A program made the translations under genes and the position numbers. A stretch of 64,000 bases of DNA from an uncultured delta proteobacterium (GTDB lineage: Bacteria > Desulfobacterota > Binatia > Binatales > Binataceae), in NCBI GenBank assembly GCA_963808235.1, contig CAWEEQ010000004.1:2528001-2592000 (forward strand), in the 5' to 3' direction. Below are positions 49,258 through 58,372 of the stretch, piece after piece. Under the pieces are notes generated by a model. The model had not been told where the DNA came from. It did not search any database and saw nothing but the letters and a program-made list of their open reading frames with translations. Position 1 is the stretch's first letter. Every line of letters begins with the position of its first letter.

Positions 49258-50184
49258 CTAGCCAGTCGGCTCGTCGCCTTCGGCTTTGAGGCGCGTGATA
49301 AACGCCGAGCCCATCGCGGCAAACTTACGCTCTCGCGCGCGGCGCAACTCGACCGGGTTCAGCTTCACCAATGACTCCAGATGCCGCGCCAGTGCTGCGC
49401 CGAGCAGATGCGCTGCTTCCGCCGGCGCCGTATGCGCTCCGCCAGTCGGTTCGGGCACGATTTCGTCGATTAGTCCGAGTTCCAGCAAATCGGGCGCCGA
49501 GAGCTTCATCGCAGTGGCCGCCGCTGCAACGTTTTCCTCGCCGCCCGCGCGCCACAAAATCGCCGCGCATCCTTCCGGCGTGATTACCGAGTAACACGCG
49601 TTCTCCTGCATCAGCACCACGTTCGCAACTCCGAGCGCGATCGCTCCTCCCGAACCGCCCTCGCCGATCGCGCACGCGACGATCGGCACCGTGAGACGCG
49701 CCATCAGTTCCAAGTTGCGCGCGATCGCCTCGATTTGCCCGCGCTCCTCCGCGCCGACTCCCGACTCCGCTCCCTGCGTGTCTATAAAGGTGACGATCGG
49801 CAGCGCGAACCGTTCCGCCAGTTCATAGACGCGCGCCGCCTTCCGGTAGCCCTCGGGATGCGGCTTGCCGAAATTGCGTTTGATCCGTTCCGTCGTCGAG
49901 CGCCCGCGCTGATGACCAACCACCGCGACCGCGCGCCGTCCGAAATAGGCGAGTCCCGCCACGATCGCGCCGTCGTCCGCAAAGCGCCGATCGCCGTGCA
50001 CCTCGAAGAAGTCGCGCATCAGCAAATCGATGTAATCGAGCGTCTGCGGCCGGTTCGGATGCCGTGCCAGGCGCACCCGCTCAATCGCGCTCAGCGACTC
50101 GGGATGCGCCGCGCCTTGCGCTGCGCTATCTTTTGAGCGGCTCCTTGCGCCCCGCCCTCTATGTCCGTTCGAATTAGCTTTCAT
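49258..50184 (-). CDS. accA: acetyl-CoA carboxylase carboxyltransferase alpha
   Basis: ARHP.RP, HGDR.F.DD, NFG.P.PEGYRKA, GEGGSGGA, YSVI.PEGCA.ILW. Confidence 0.96.
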   Translation of the reverse strand: MKANSNGHRGRGARSRSKDSAAQGAAHPESLSAIERVRLARHPNRPQTLDYIDLLMRDFFEVHGDRRFADDGAIVAGLAYFGRRAVAVVGHQRGRSTTERIKRNFGKPHPEGYRKAARVYELAERFALPIVTFIDTQGAESGVGAEERGQIEAIARNLELMARLTVPIVACAIGEGGSGGAIALGVANVVLMQENACYSVITPEGCAAILWRAGGEENVAAAATAMKLSAPDLLELGLIDEIVPEPTGGAHTAPAEAAHLLGAALARHLESLVKLNPVELRRARERKFAAMGSAFITRLKAEGDEPTG

Positions 50185-50196
50185 TGACGCTTCCGC

Positions 50197-51192
50197 TCAT
50201 GCACCACCCGCGAAAAATTTCTCGAACAATGCAAGAGCATCCTGAGCGGCGCGCTCGGGGTCAAGCCAGACTATCTCCGGCTCGCGCCGAAACCAGGTCA
50301 GTTGCCGCTTGGCAAGGCGACGCGAGTCGCGCTTCGCAACTGAGATCGCATCGGCGAGCGTCATCTCGCCTCGCAAATACGCGGCGATCTGCTTGTACCC
50401 AATCGTGCTGAGCGGCGGTTTCTCAGGCGAATATCCGGCGCTCATCAGCGCGCGAACTTCCTCTGCGAACCCGGCCGCGATCATCGCGTCGAAGCGCCCG
50501 TCGATCGTCGCGTAGAGTTTCTTCCGATCGATCGCGATTCCCACCGTCAACGCGTCGTATCCGCCCTGATCGGTAAATCGATGCCGCCCCTGATGCACCG
50601 AGATCGGCTCGCCGGTCAGCTCGAAGACCTCCAGCGCGCGAATGATTCGGTACCGATCGTTGACGCCAATTCGGTTCGATCCCTCAGGATCCACTTCGCG
50701 CAGGCGCTCGTGCAGATATTCGACGCCCCACTCGTCCGCAAGCGCCGCCAATCGCCTTCGAACTTCGATTGACCCGCGCGGCCCCTGAAAGATCCCGCCG
50801 CGAAGCACGCGCAGGTAAAGCCCGCTCCCGCCGACCACCATCGGGATTCGCCCGCGCGCGACTACACTCGAGATCGCGTCGCGCGCCAACTTCACGAACT
50901 CAGCCACGTCGAGCGGATCATCGGGATCGCGCACATCTATAAGATGATGCGGCGCGCGGCGTCGATCCTCGATCGAGGGTTTCGCCGTACCGATATCCAT
51001 CCCGCGATAGAACTGCCGCGAATCGGCATTCACGATCTCAATCGCGCCCGCAAATCCATCCGCGATTTCCATCGCGAGCTGCGACTTGCCCGTACCGGTC
51101 GGTCCAACTATGAAGCCGATCCGAATTCTCTGCGCCGGCTCAGTCCCCTGCGGCGGACTCCCGGTGGCCTGCTCTGCGTCGACCATCTTCAT
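50197..51192 (-). CDS. miaA: tRNA dimethylallyltransferase
   Basis: GPTGTGKS, DSRQ.YRGMDIGTAKP, VGGSGLY, AKRQLTWFR. Confidence 0.96.
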   Translation of the reverse strand: MKMVDAEQATGSPPQGTEPAQRIRIGFIVGPTGTGKSQLAMEIADGFAGAIEIVNADSRQFYRGMDIGTAKPSIEDRRRAPHHLIDVRDPDDPLDVAEFVKLARDAISSVVARGRIPMVVGGSGLYLRVLRGGIFQGPRGSIEVRRRLAALADEWGVEYLHERLREVDPEGSNRIGVNDRYRIIRALEVFELTGEPISVHQGRHRFTDQGGYDALTVGIAIDRKKLYATIDGRFDAMIAAGFAEEVRALMSAGYSPEKPPLSTIGYKQIAAYLRGEMTLADAISVAKRDSRRLAKRQLTWFRREPEIVWLDPERAAQDALALFEKFFAGGA

Positions 51193-51200
51193 CTGAAAAT

Positions 51201-53039
51201 TTATCGGCGGAACATGCGTTCGATCTGCCCGCGTCCGAAGTGAATATGTACCGGACGGCCGTGCGGGCAATTGGTCTTGAATTCAGTCCGATCCAAATCC
51301 GCGAGCAGCGAATGGATTTCCGCCATCTCGAGCACGCGCCCCACACGAACTGAGCCGTGACAGGCGAGTTGCTTCAGCCAGTTCTCGAACGCCGATTCGC
51401 CGCCGCCGCGAAAGCCCGCGTCGCCCATGCTGTCGATCATTTCCGCGAGCAGCTTGGCTCCGCCTTCGGGTCCGAACACGGCGGGCGCGCCCTTCAGCAG
51501 GATCGTCATCGGGCCGAACGGCTCAACGTCGAATCCCATCGCGCGAAGCTCGCCGATCGCGGCCTGCACTTGCGATGCACGCGCGGGATTCAGCTCGACC
51601 GACACCGGCGTCAGCATCGCTTGCGTGCGGATTCCGCCCTCGCGCAGCTCCGCGCGCAGCTTCTCGAAGGTGACGCGTTCGTGCGCCGCATGTTGATCGA
51701 TCAGTAGCAGCCCGTCTTCGGCCTCGAGCGCGATATAGCCAGCAAAAATTTGCCCGATAACTCTAAGCTGCGAGTACATCGGGATCGGCTGAGCGGGATG
51801 CGTCGTCGCGCTGCGCGCGTCGCGATCGTAGGCAAGGCTGAGCGGCCGCTGAAACGCCGCCGGGTTGGTTGCATCGGGAACCAGTCTGAGCGGTGAGTCG
51901 GATCGGGTTGAACTCTGGGCCGGCGGCTGCTCGCGCGTTTCAGACATCGTGATCAGGCCCATCGCGGTGTCGTCGCCACTCGGCTCCGGAACTCTGTCTC
52001 GTACTCCGGGTTTCTCGACCAGCGAGATTACGGGCGCGCTATAAGTCTGGTCGGCGAGACGTTCGCGAATCGCGTGGTGTACGACTTCGAAAATGGCGCC
52101 TCCGTTGCGAAATCGGACTTCGGTCTTCATCGGATGCACGTTGACGTCAACGTCCTCGTGCCGCATATCGACGAACAAGACCGCCGCCGGATGACGCCCG
52201 CGCGGAATCAACGTCTGGTAGGCCTGTTCGATTGCGCGTATCAGCATCCGGTCACGCACCGAGCGGCCGTTGACGAAGGTGAAAAGCATCCGGCCGGTCG
52301 CGAACGACTCCTGGCTGGTGGCGACCAGTCCTCGTGCGCGAATTCCTGGACGGTCCAGATCGAACGGGAGCATCTTTGCCGCAAGCTTCGGCCCGAATAG
52401 CTGGCGCACGCGCTCGAGCGCCGAGGTCGCCCGCGGCAGCTCGAACATCGTGCGGCCGTCGGCAACAAGCGTGAAAGCTATATGATGATTGGCGAGCGCG
52501 ACGCGCTGAAACGCCTCGCCGATCGCGCCCTGCTCGGTCGCGAGCGTTTTGAGGAACTTGAGTCGCGCCGGCGTATTGAAAAAAAGCTTGCGCACTTCGA
52601 TTCGCGTTCCGGCCGCGATCGCGCACGCGCGAGAATCCTCTATGTTGCCGCCCTCGGCCGCGATCTCGATTCCGTCTGAGTCGATCGCGCGCCGGGTAAG
52701 CATCCGCAGATGCGACACGCTGGCGATCGAGGCGAGCGCCTCGCCGCGAAACCCGAGCGTCCGAATGGCGCCCAAGTCCGCAGCACTGCGAATCTTCGAG
52801 GTCGCATGCCGGCGCATCGAGAGGATCGCATCCTCGCGCGTCATCCCGCATCCGTCGTCGGCAACCACGATCAGCGCCGAACCGCCGCCGAGTATCTCGA
52901 CGCTTATCGCGCGTGCGCCCGCGTCAAGGGAGTTTTCTATTAGCTCCTTGACCGCCGATGCGGGCCGCTCGACAACTTCACCCGCCGCGATCTGGCTCGC
53001 GACCTGCTCGGGGAGGATATGAACTATGTGCTCGGGCAT
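51201..53039 (-). CDS. mutL: DNA mismatch repair endonuclease MutL
   Basis: IAAGEVVERP, HATSKI, GFRGEAL, DQHAAHER, ACH, CPHGRP. Confidence 0.98.
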   Translation of the reverse strand: MPEHIVHILPEQVASQIAAGEVVERPASAVKELIENSLDAGARAISVEILGGGSALIVVADDGCGMTREDAILSMRRHATSKIRSAADLGAIRTLGFRGEALASIASVSHLRMLTRRAIDSDGIEIAAEGGNIEDSRACAIAAGTRIEVRKLFFNTPARLKFLKTLATEQGAIGEAFQRVALANHHIAFTLVADGRTMFELPRATSALERVRQLFGPKLAAKMLPFDLDRPGIRARGLVATSQESFATGRMLFTFVNGRSVRDRMLIRAIEQAYQTLIPRGRHPAAVLFVDMRHEDVDVNVHPMKTEVRFRNGGAIFEVVHHAIRERLADQTYSAPVISLVEKPGVRDRVPEPSGDDTAMGLITMSETREQPPAQSSTRSDSPLRLVPDATNPAAFQRPLSLAYDRDARSATTHPAQPIPMYSQLRVIGQIFAGYIALEAEDGLLLIDQHAAHERVTFEKLRAELREGGIRTQAMLTPVSVELNPARASQVQAAIGELRAMGFDVEPFGPMTILLKGAPAVFGPEGGAKLLAEMIDSMGDAGFRGGGESAFENWLKQLACHGSVRVGRVLEMAEIHSLLADLDRTEFKTNCPHGRPVHIHFGRGQIERMFRR

Positions 53040-53043
53040 CGGG

Positions 53044-53077
53044 AACTTAATTGTAGTGAAACCAGCCGTGGGTTTCA
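53044..53077. repeat. 34-bp element, copy 1 (GTAG + TGAAACC..GGTTTCA hairpin)
   Basis: AACTTAATTGTAGTGAAACCAGCCGTGGGTTTCA; 32/34 identical to 53516-53549. Confidence 0.85.
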
Positions 53078-53086
53078 CACTTCCTT

Positions 53087-53108
53087 GGGCAGGGGCCAGC
53101 CCCTGCCC
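53087..53108. repeat. GC-rich inverted repeat GGGCAGGGGC-CA-GCCCCTGCCC (REP-like or terminator)
   Basis: 10-bp perfect IR downstream of the NIPSNAP gene. Confidence 0.6.
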
Positions 53109-53151
53109 CTAAGCGAGGAATGAAGATGCGGCGCGGAGCGCCTGTTCGCAC

Positions 53152-53478
53152 TTACTTCAGCGCGGAAAACGAGGTCGGCATCAGGATGCTGTTGGTGATC
53201 GAAGTGAGGATCGGGCCGTCGGCCTCGCTCCTGGCGCGCGCCTCGATCCATTCGGGATCGGCAGCGAAAGCGGCAAACTTCTTGTCACGATCGGCTAACG
53301 ACTCCCATTGCAGCATGTAAACCAGGTCGGAACTCGACTCACCGATCGCGACCGTCCAGAATCCGACCTGCTTGATTCCGTGCTTTTCGAACAACCGGCA
53401 GGTGACGGTGTCGAAGCGTTTGAGGATCGCGGGCAAGCGTCCCGGGACACAGTGATATACGCGCAGCTCATAAACCAT
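53152..53478 (-). CDS. NIPSNAP family protein
   Basis: YELR.Y...PG.L.A...RF, F.KHGI..VG.W, L.Y.L.W.S, F..DPEW, PT.FS. Confidence 0.93.
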   Translation of the reverse strand: MVYELRVYHCVPGRLPAILKRFDTVTCRLFEKHGIKQVGFWTVAIGESSSDLVYMLQWESLADRDKKFAAFAADPEWIEARARSEADGPILTSITNSILMPTSFSALK

Positions 53479-53515
53479 CTCGTCTACTCCTCAAGATAGC
53501 GATCGATGAAGGACC

Positions 53516-53549
53516 AACTTGATTGTAGTGAAACCCGCCGTGGGTTTCA
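53516..53549. repeat. 34-bp element, copy 2
   Basis: AACTTGATTGTAGTGAAACCCGCCGTGGGTTTCA; 8-bp perfect stem. Confidence 0.85.
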
Positions 53550-53723
53550 TCTTTGACGTTTGATCGCGGACGGATCGGCGCAGGGTTGCTCCGCGCGCCT
53601 AGACATCTGAGGTTTTGGACCGGATACTCTAGCCGGTCGCGATCGGGGGGCTTTTGCGGCGGTTGAAGATTGGGGCGGGGTTTGAAAAGCTCCGCGCGGC
53701 AAACTCGCGGGGGTGTTCAATCG

Positions 53724-54959
53724 ATGAGAAAAATTAGTGCGATGCTGCTGCTCGGCGCGACGATAGTTGCGGTTGGAGCCGCGCGCGCCGGGGCGGCGCA
53801 AGTCAAGATTGGGGTCGGGGTGATTGGACCGATCTCGCCGCAGACCGAGGCTGATATCGACAGTATCGTCGGCACCCTGCCCAACGTGAAGGTAGTGCCT
53901 ATACAGCCGCCCGGCGATATCGACGCATGCGTCAAACGATTCGTCGCCGGCGAGCCCGACGACCGCGTCGACGCGGTGATGACCGTCGGCTTGCCGCCCG
54001 ACTCGTTTCAGACTCAGCGCGACGCCAACGAAGCTCGCTTCACGGGCGCATATGAAATCTGGACGCTCAACCTGTCGACGCTGGCCGAGGATCGGCATCG
54101 ATTCACCTTCACTGACAGCGAGCCGGTGATCGGCGGCGCGGCCGCAATCCTCGCGATGCCGGCGCAGTTGTTCGCCGAGCGCGCCACCGGGAAACAACTT
54201 ATTTCGAGCAATCAATGGCAGGCGTTCGAGGCGGTGCAGACGCGCGTCGAGGCAAAGCTGGTCGCGGCGACCAAGCTCTACCTGGCGACCGCGTCGATTC
54301 GCGACACCGCGCCGTTGAACCCGCTCGACACCGCGAAAAACCTGCTTGATCGCGGTGACGGCGAGGCTGCGATGATGGTTTTCAAATCTGCCGGACTCAA
54401 CAATCCTGAAGTTCAGCAGATGATCGCGGCCGCCCAGGGTCAGCTACGCCGCGGTGCTGCCGAGGCGCTGCTCGGACGGACGCTCGGCGCGATGGCCGGG
54501 GGGAACGCGACTGAGGCGCGCACCATTCTGGCCGAATATGAGAAAGCGCCCGCCGCGGAGAGCACTCGCGCCGATTCGATTCGCCGGGTGCTGGCCAACG
54601 CGCCCGAACGCCGCGCCGATTCAGCCTACGACGGTGTAATCAAAAGCGATGTGCCAGGTCTCAACCACAGCGCATTCGTCGCGATGATCAAGCAGATGTT
54701 CGGCGAGCAGACCGGCTCGGTGCCGGGCGAGGTGATCGTGACCGCTAAGGACATCACCGTCGAAGACAAGAGTGCGGTCGCGGGCCTGAAGGAGTCGCTC
54801 GACAGCTACGCCGATGCGATCGGCCGCGCGTCGTGGCTGATGAGTCTCAAGTGCGGATGCGACGCGGGCGCTGTACTGACCTCGGAAGCGGGCGGTGCGG
54901 CGCTGCTCAAGGCCAAGTACGCGCCTTCGTTCAAGCGTCCGCACGTCGGCCTGCCGTGA
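53724..54959 (+). CDS. secreted hypothetical protein with helical (TPR-like) middle
   Basis: MRKISAMLLLG...AGA signal peptide; strong coding codon bias. Confidence 0.75.
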   Translation: MRKISAMLLLGATIVAVGAARAGAAQVKIGVGVIGPISPQTEADIDSIVGTLPNVKVVPIQPPGDIDACVKRFVAGEPDDRVDAVMTVGLPPDSFQTQRDANEARFTGAYEIWTLNLSTLAEDRHRFTFTDSEPVIGGAAAILAMPAQLFAERATGKQLISSNQWQAFEAVQTRVEAKLVAATKLYLATASIRDTAPLNPLDTAKNLLDRGDGEAAMMVFKSAGLNNPEVQQMIAAAQGQLRRGAAEALLGRTLGAMAGGNATEARTILAEYEKAPAAESTRADSIRRVLANAPERRADSAYDGVIKSDVPGLNHSAFVAMIKQMFGEQTGSVPGEVIVTAKDITVEDKSAVAGLKESLDSYADAIGRASWLMSLKCGCDAGAVLTSEAGGAALLKAKYAPSFKRPHVGLP

Positions 54960-54996
54960 CCATCTTTGACGGGAATCGGGGCACTGGCGTCATGGC

Positions 54997-55269
54997 CTAA
55001 TCTGAAATTGCGCGAGCCGGGGATAGTATCTCGGACCACTCGCTCAAAAGCCTCAGACTAGTCCGAGCGGCAAATGCAGCCCAGGGAAACATGAAGACAG
55101 GGAAGAAACCGCCGGCCACAACGCCCTCACCCTGGCCTCCGAGCGCAATTTCTATCTGGAAATAGCAAAGCACCGCGGCAATGCCCCACAGTCCTCCGAC
55201 AGCTATGATGCATATGTAAATCCCTAGCGTGGCTGCGAGATTGGCGCACACGCTGCGCTCAACACTCAC
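54997..55269 (-). CDS. small hypothetical membrane protein
   Basis: Two hydrophobic segments; no motif. Confidence 0.35.
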   Translation of the reverse strand: MSVERSVCANLAATLGIYICIIAVGGLWGIAAVLCYFQIEIALGGQGEGVVAGGFFPVFMFPWAAFAARTSLRLLSEWSEILSPARAISD

Positions 55270-55419
55270 TGCGAGCGGTTATCGTCGTAGCTTCAAGCAA
55301 TTCTTCGATCGACCATAGCCCATTGCCGGCCTCTTCCACAGCGGCGGTGGGCGGGCTAATCTGACTGGCTAATCCTGTACGAAATCGCAAATTAATCGCG
55401 AGAATTAATCAGAAGACCA

Positions 55420-55608
55420 ATGAGACATTGCGCATACTGCAAGAAGCACCCGTCAGTCGGCAACAACGTCAGCCACGCCAACAACAAGACCAAGCGGCGA
55501 TGGAACCCCAACCTGCAGGAAGTCCGCGCCGAGATTGACGGAAACGTGCGCAGAATTCTCGTCTGCACGCGATGTATCCGCAGCGGCAAGGTCAAGAAAA
55601 GCGCCTGA
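55420..55608 (+). CDS. rpmB: 50S ribosomal protein L28 (Zn-ligand CxxC form)
   Basis: [26 protein letters not shown]...VCTRCIRSG. Confidence 0.97.
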   Translation: MRHCAYCKKHPSVGNNVSHANNKTKRRWNPNLQEVRAEIDGNVRRILVCTRCIRSGKVKKSA

Positions 55609-55638
55609 CGCCTGTCGCCTCTCCCAACCCTGCACTCT

Positions 55639-55989
55639 TCATAACAACGCGGCGAGCTTCTCCGGCGGACGCGCAATGATCGCGCGCTTGCCGCGAATCA
55701 CGATCGGGCGCTGCATAAGCTCCGGATGCTCGAGCAGGAGCGCGACCACCGCCTTCTTCTGCACATAGTCATCGGTATTCAAACCCAACTCCTTGAAGCG
55801 TTTGTCCTTGCGGACCAGGTCGGCCGGCGGAACGTCGAGCATGTCGATGATCTTCTCCAGCGTGTCGCGGCTCGGATGGTTCTTCAGATATTCGACGATG
55901 TCGAACTCGACATCTCGCGCGCGGAGCATCTCGAGCGCGCCTTTTGAGTTTCCTCAGCCGGGGTTGTGATAGAGGGTAATCCGTTCCAT
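55639..55989 (-). CDS. arsC: ArsC/Spx-family arsenate reductase with in-frame UGA at the catalytic Cys (candidate selenoprotein)
   Basis: MERITLYHNPG-UGA-GNSKGALEMLRARDVEFDIVEYLK...P.LMQRPIV...RPPE; UGA at 55956-55954 is codon 12; GAGG RBS upstream of ATG 55989. Confidence 0.88.
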
Positions 55990-56135
55990 GGTTGCCTCGC
56001 TGCGCAATCTTTCAATCAGCATAGGCTTCATCGCGAGGCTGCATCAAATGCGGTTTCAACGCATGCGCGGCCCTTTGATGAATGGGCGCGGTGCGGATAG
56101 AATCACCGCGCGACAATTGTGCGAAGGAGTGGGTC

Positions 56136-56708
56136 GTGAGCAACAAGTCGAATTTCCGCGGTAACGGCACGCTTCGTTTTGCGGCCATCGCTCTCTCGAT
56201 CGCGTTCGCGGCCGCGACTATGGGACGCAGCGCCGGTGCGGCAAACGTAAGCGGAACCATGTCGTATCCAAACGGCAGCCCCGCTCAAAAGCGCCAGTTG
56301 CATTACGAGGATCGCACCACCGGCGACATCTATGTTGCGCCGACTGAGCCCGACGGTTCATTCAGCGTTGACCTGCCGCCCGGGCTCTACGATCTGCGCG
56401 CGGAACGCGGCTTGATTTTGCGTTACAAGATTAACGTGGGCAACGAAGACTTGAACGTCGGCCATGTCGTCGAGCCTGCGCCGCTCGACGTACTGCGCCC
56501 ATTCCAGCGTGAAGGGGTAGCCGATACGATCGTCGAAAACCCCGCGCCCGCGACCACGAATCTGAGCGGCAGGGCTGTTGAAGCGATGCGCGTGGGGCAT
56601 GAGGCTATCGCGCCGCTGGGCGCGCCAGGCACGCCGGTGCCGCAATCCACGCCGCTGGCTGAAATCCCCTACGAGGATCCGGCGCCGTCGGCGACGATGA
56701 TGAAGTAA
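56136..56708 (+). CDS. secreted protein with carboxypeptidase-regulatory-like (prealbumin-fold) domain
   Basis: AAGGAG RBS, signal ending AGA, VSGT....G.P, T..DG.F...LPPG.Y.L.AE. Confidence 0.75.
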   Translation: MSNKSNFRGNGTLRFAAIALSIAFAAATMGRSAGAANVSGTMSYPNGSPAQKRQLHYEDRTTGDIYVAPTEPDGSFSVDLPPGLYDLRAERGLILRYKINVGNEDLNVGHVVEPAPLDVLRPFQREGVADTIVENPAPATTNLSGRAVEAMRVGHEAIAPLGAPGTPVPQSTPLAEIPYEDPAPSATMMK

Positions 56709-56747
56709 GCCTGGAATTCGCCTGCCGATTGCGGCGGGCGAATTGTC

Positions 56748-57137
56748 TCAGCTCGCGGTGCGCTCGACAAATTCGAGCCGATTGCCCCAAGGATCGCGGA
56801 CGAAGAATCGCTCCTGTCCCGGAAATCGATTGCCCGCGATTATCTCGACGCCGGCCGTCTTCAGCCGCGCGCGCATCGCCTCGAGACTCGCAACCCGAAA
56901 TGCCGGATGCCTGCGCGATGCTTTGTTTACGGACGACGCGTCCTTCTCGGTGGTGAGATGAAGCTGTTGCAAGCCGCATTGATACCATGCGCCCGCACGC
57001 CCGCTGTCGGTGTTAGCCGGACGCTCGAGCGGTTCAAGTCCTAAAAGCTGCTCATAGAATGCGCGAGCTTTGACGAGCGAATCGTCGCCCTCGTCGATTA
57101 GCAGGTTCACGTGATCCAGTCCGACAATCAGGCTCAT
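56748..57137 (-). CDS. VOC/glyoxalase family protein
   Basis: LDHV.L, A..FY..LLGL, GAW, QLHL, HPAF.V, RFF..DP.GNRLE. Confidence 0.92.
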   Translation of the reverse strand: MSLIVGLDHVNLLIDEGDDSLVKARAFYEQLLGLEPLERPANTDSGRAGAWYQCGLQQLHLTTEKDASSVNKASRRHPAFRVASLEAMRARLKTAGVEIIAGNRFPGQERFFVRDPWGNRLEFVERTAS

Positions 57138-57254
57138 CAGCAATCCTCTTTCGCGCTGGGTTCGTCGACTCGATCTTTTGCGAGCGACTGCCGCGAGTCA
57201 ATTGGCTAAGTAGGTGGACGAGTTCTCAGCGAATCGCCTCAAATAGTCCGCACC

Positions 57255-57292
57255 AAAAAAATGCCCCGCGAGCGGTAAGAACTCGCGGGGCA
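57255..57292 (-). terminator. rho-independent terminator
   Basis: TGCCCCGCGAG/CTCGCGGGGCA stem followed by T7 on the minus strand, after the FecR-domain gene. Confidence 0.85.
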
Positions 57293-57327
57293 CTGTTGCA
57301 AAATGCAATCGGGGACTTCAGTAAGCC

Positions 57328-58098
57328 TCACTTGCTCGAAGTTCCTGGCTTCTGATTGTTCCCGCCGCCATCGAACTCTCCGGTCGCCGCCAATCCTCCG
57401 ACTACTCCGCCAGCGACGATTCCGAGCCCAATCGCGGTGCCGAGGACAGGGCCAAGAAGCTCGCCATCGACCAAAAACGCGCCGCATGCGACGGTCGTGT
57501 GATGGCCGGCGTGTACGTCTTCTGAGCCGGCGGCGGGATTCAGCGGGTTAATGACGTTCACGGTGCCGTCCTGCACATCGACGTCCGTGAACTGACGGCA
57601 GTCCTTGTATTTTTCCTTGGTCTTGTCGTTCTGTGGAAAGCTCGACTGCTCTCCATAGAAGGTTGTGAACTCAGTCCCGCGCACCGCTCCGATCGCGTTG
57701 GGAGTATGCACTTCGAATGTCGTGGTGCTGCCGCGCATCGCGCCGACGATCAGCGAATGGAGCCTGCCGCCAAGCAAGCCGACCTTGCTCGGCGCTCCAA
57801 CTCCGTTGACCAGCACGCTTTCATCGATCGTGAGAGTCGCACTTTCACCAAGCTGGAGAGAGCTGTTGTCGACCAGCCCGACGGTCAGCGACGCGCCCGG
57901 CTGAGTGACAAGTTTGTCATGCAGGAGAACCGGTATATTGGGGGTGACCACGATATTTTGAGCGCCGCGCTGAATATTCGCTACGCCCTGAATTTGGGTG
58001 ATCGTACCGACGGCGTTCTGCGCTCGGGCCGTCGAAACTGTCGCGAGCATCGCCAGTGCGAGCATCGCGATCATAATTGCAGTCCTGGGATATCTCAT
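57328..58098 (-). CDS. secreted FecR-domain protein with C-terminal hydrophobic Gly-rich segment
   Basis: Signal ending ARA, D.S.L.LG....L.ID, L..G.L, FEVHTPNA..AVRGTEF, V.DG.V.V. Confidence 0.87.
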   Translation of the reverse strand: MRYPRTAIMIAMLALAMLATVSTARAQNAVGTITQIQGVANIQRGAQNIVVTPNIPVLLHDKLVTQPGASLTVGLVDNSSLQLGESATLTIDESVLVNGVGAPSKVGLLGGRLHSLIVGAMRGSTTTFEVHTPNAIGAVRGTEFTTFYGEQSSFPQNDKTKEKYKDCRQFTDVDVQDGTVNVINPLNPAAGSEDVHAGHHTTVACGAFLVDGELLGPVLGTAIGLGIVAGGVVGGLAATGEFDGGGNNQKPGTSSK

Positions 58099-58291
58099 AT
58101 CGCTTGCCTTCGAATGTACTCGCGCACCTCTTTGGAATGCCTGCTACTGACCGTGATCGCCCGCAGTCTGACAGACTGCCACGCTTGTGGAAAACCGAAC
58201 ATTACGGCTCTGCTAAAGCCATAGGGCACGATGTAGAGGTGCAATATGGTGCGAAACCGACAAATTATCAAGCGAAAAACTTTTACTGCTC

Positions 58292-58329
58292 AAAAACAAA
58301 TCCCGCGGCGCCTGATGGCGCCGCGAGAT
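58292..58329 (-). terminator. probable rho-independent terminator
   Basis: CGCGGCGCC-TGAT-GGCGCCGCG stem with a T-rich tail on the minus strand. Confidence 0.7.
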
Positions 58330-58372
58330 CGCTACAGTCGAATTCAGACTTAATCGCGCGTCAGGCCATCGA

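Noticed and set aside
55954-55956. arsC as a nonsense pseudogene
   Set aside because: The stop is UGA exactly at the catalytic Cys with intact flanks and a downstream hairpin; Sec is more parsimonious.
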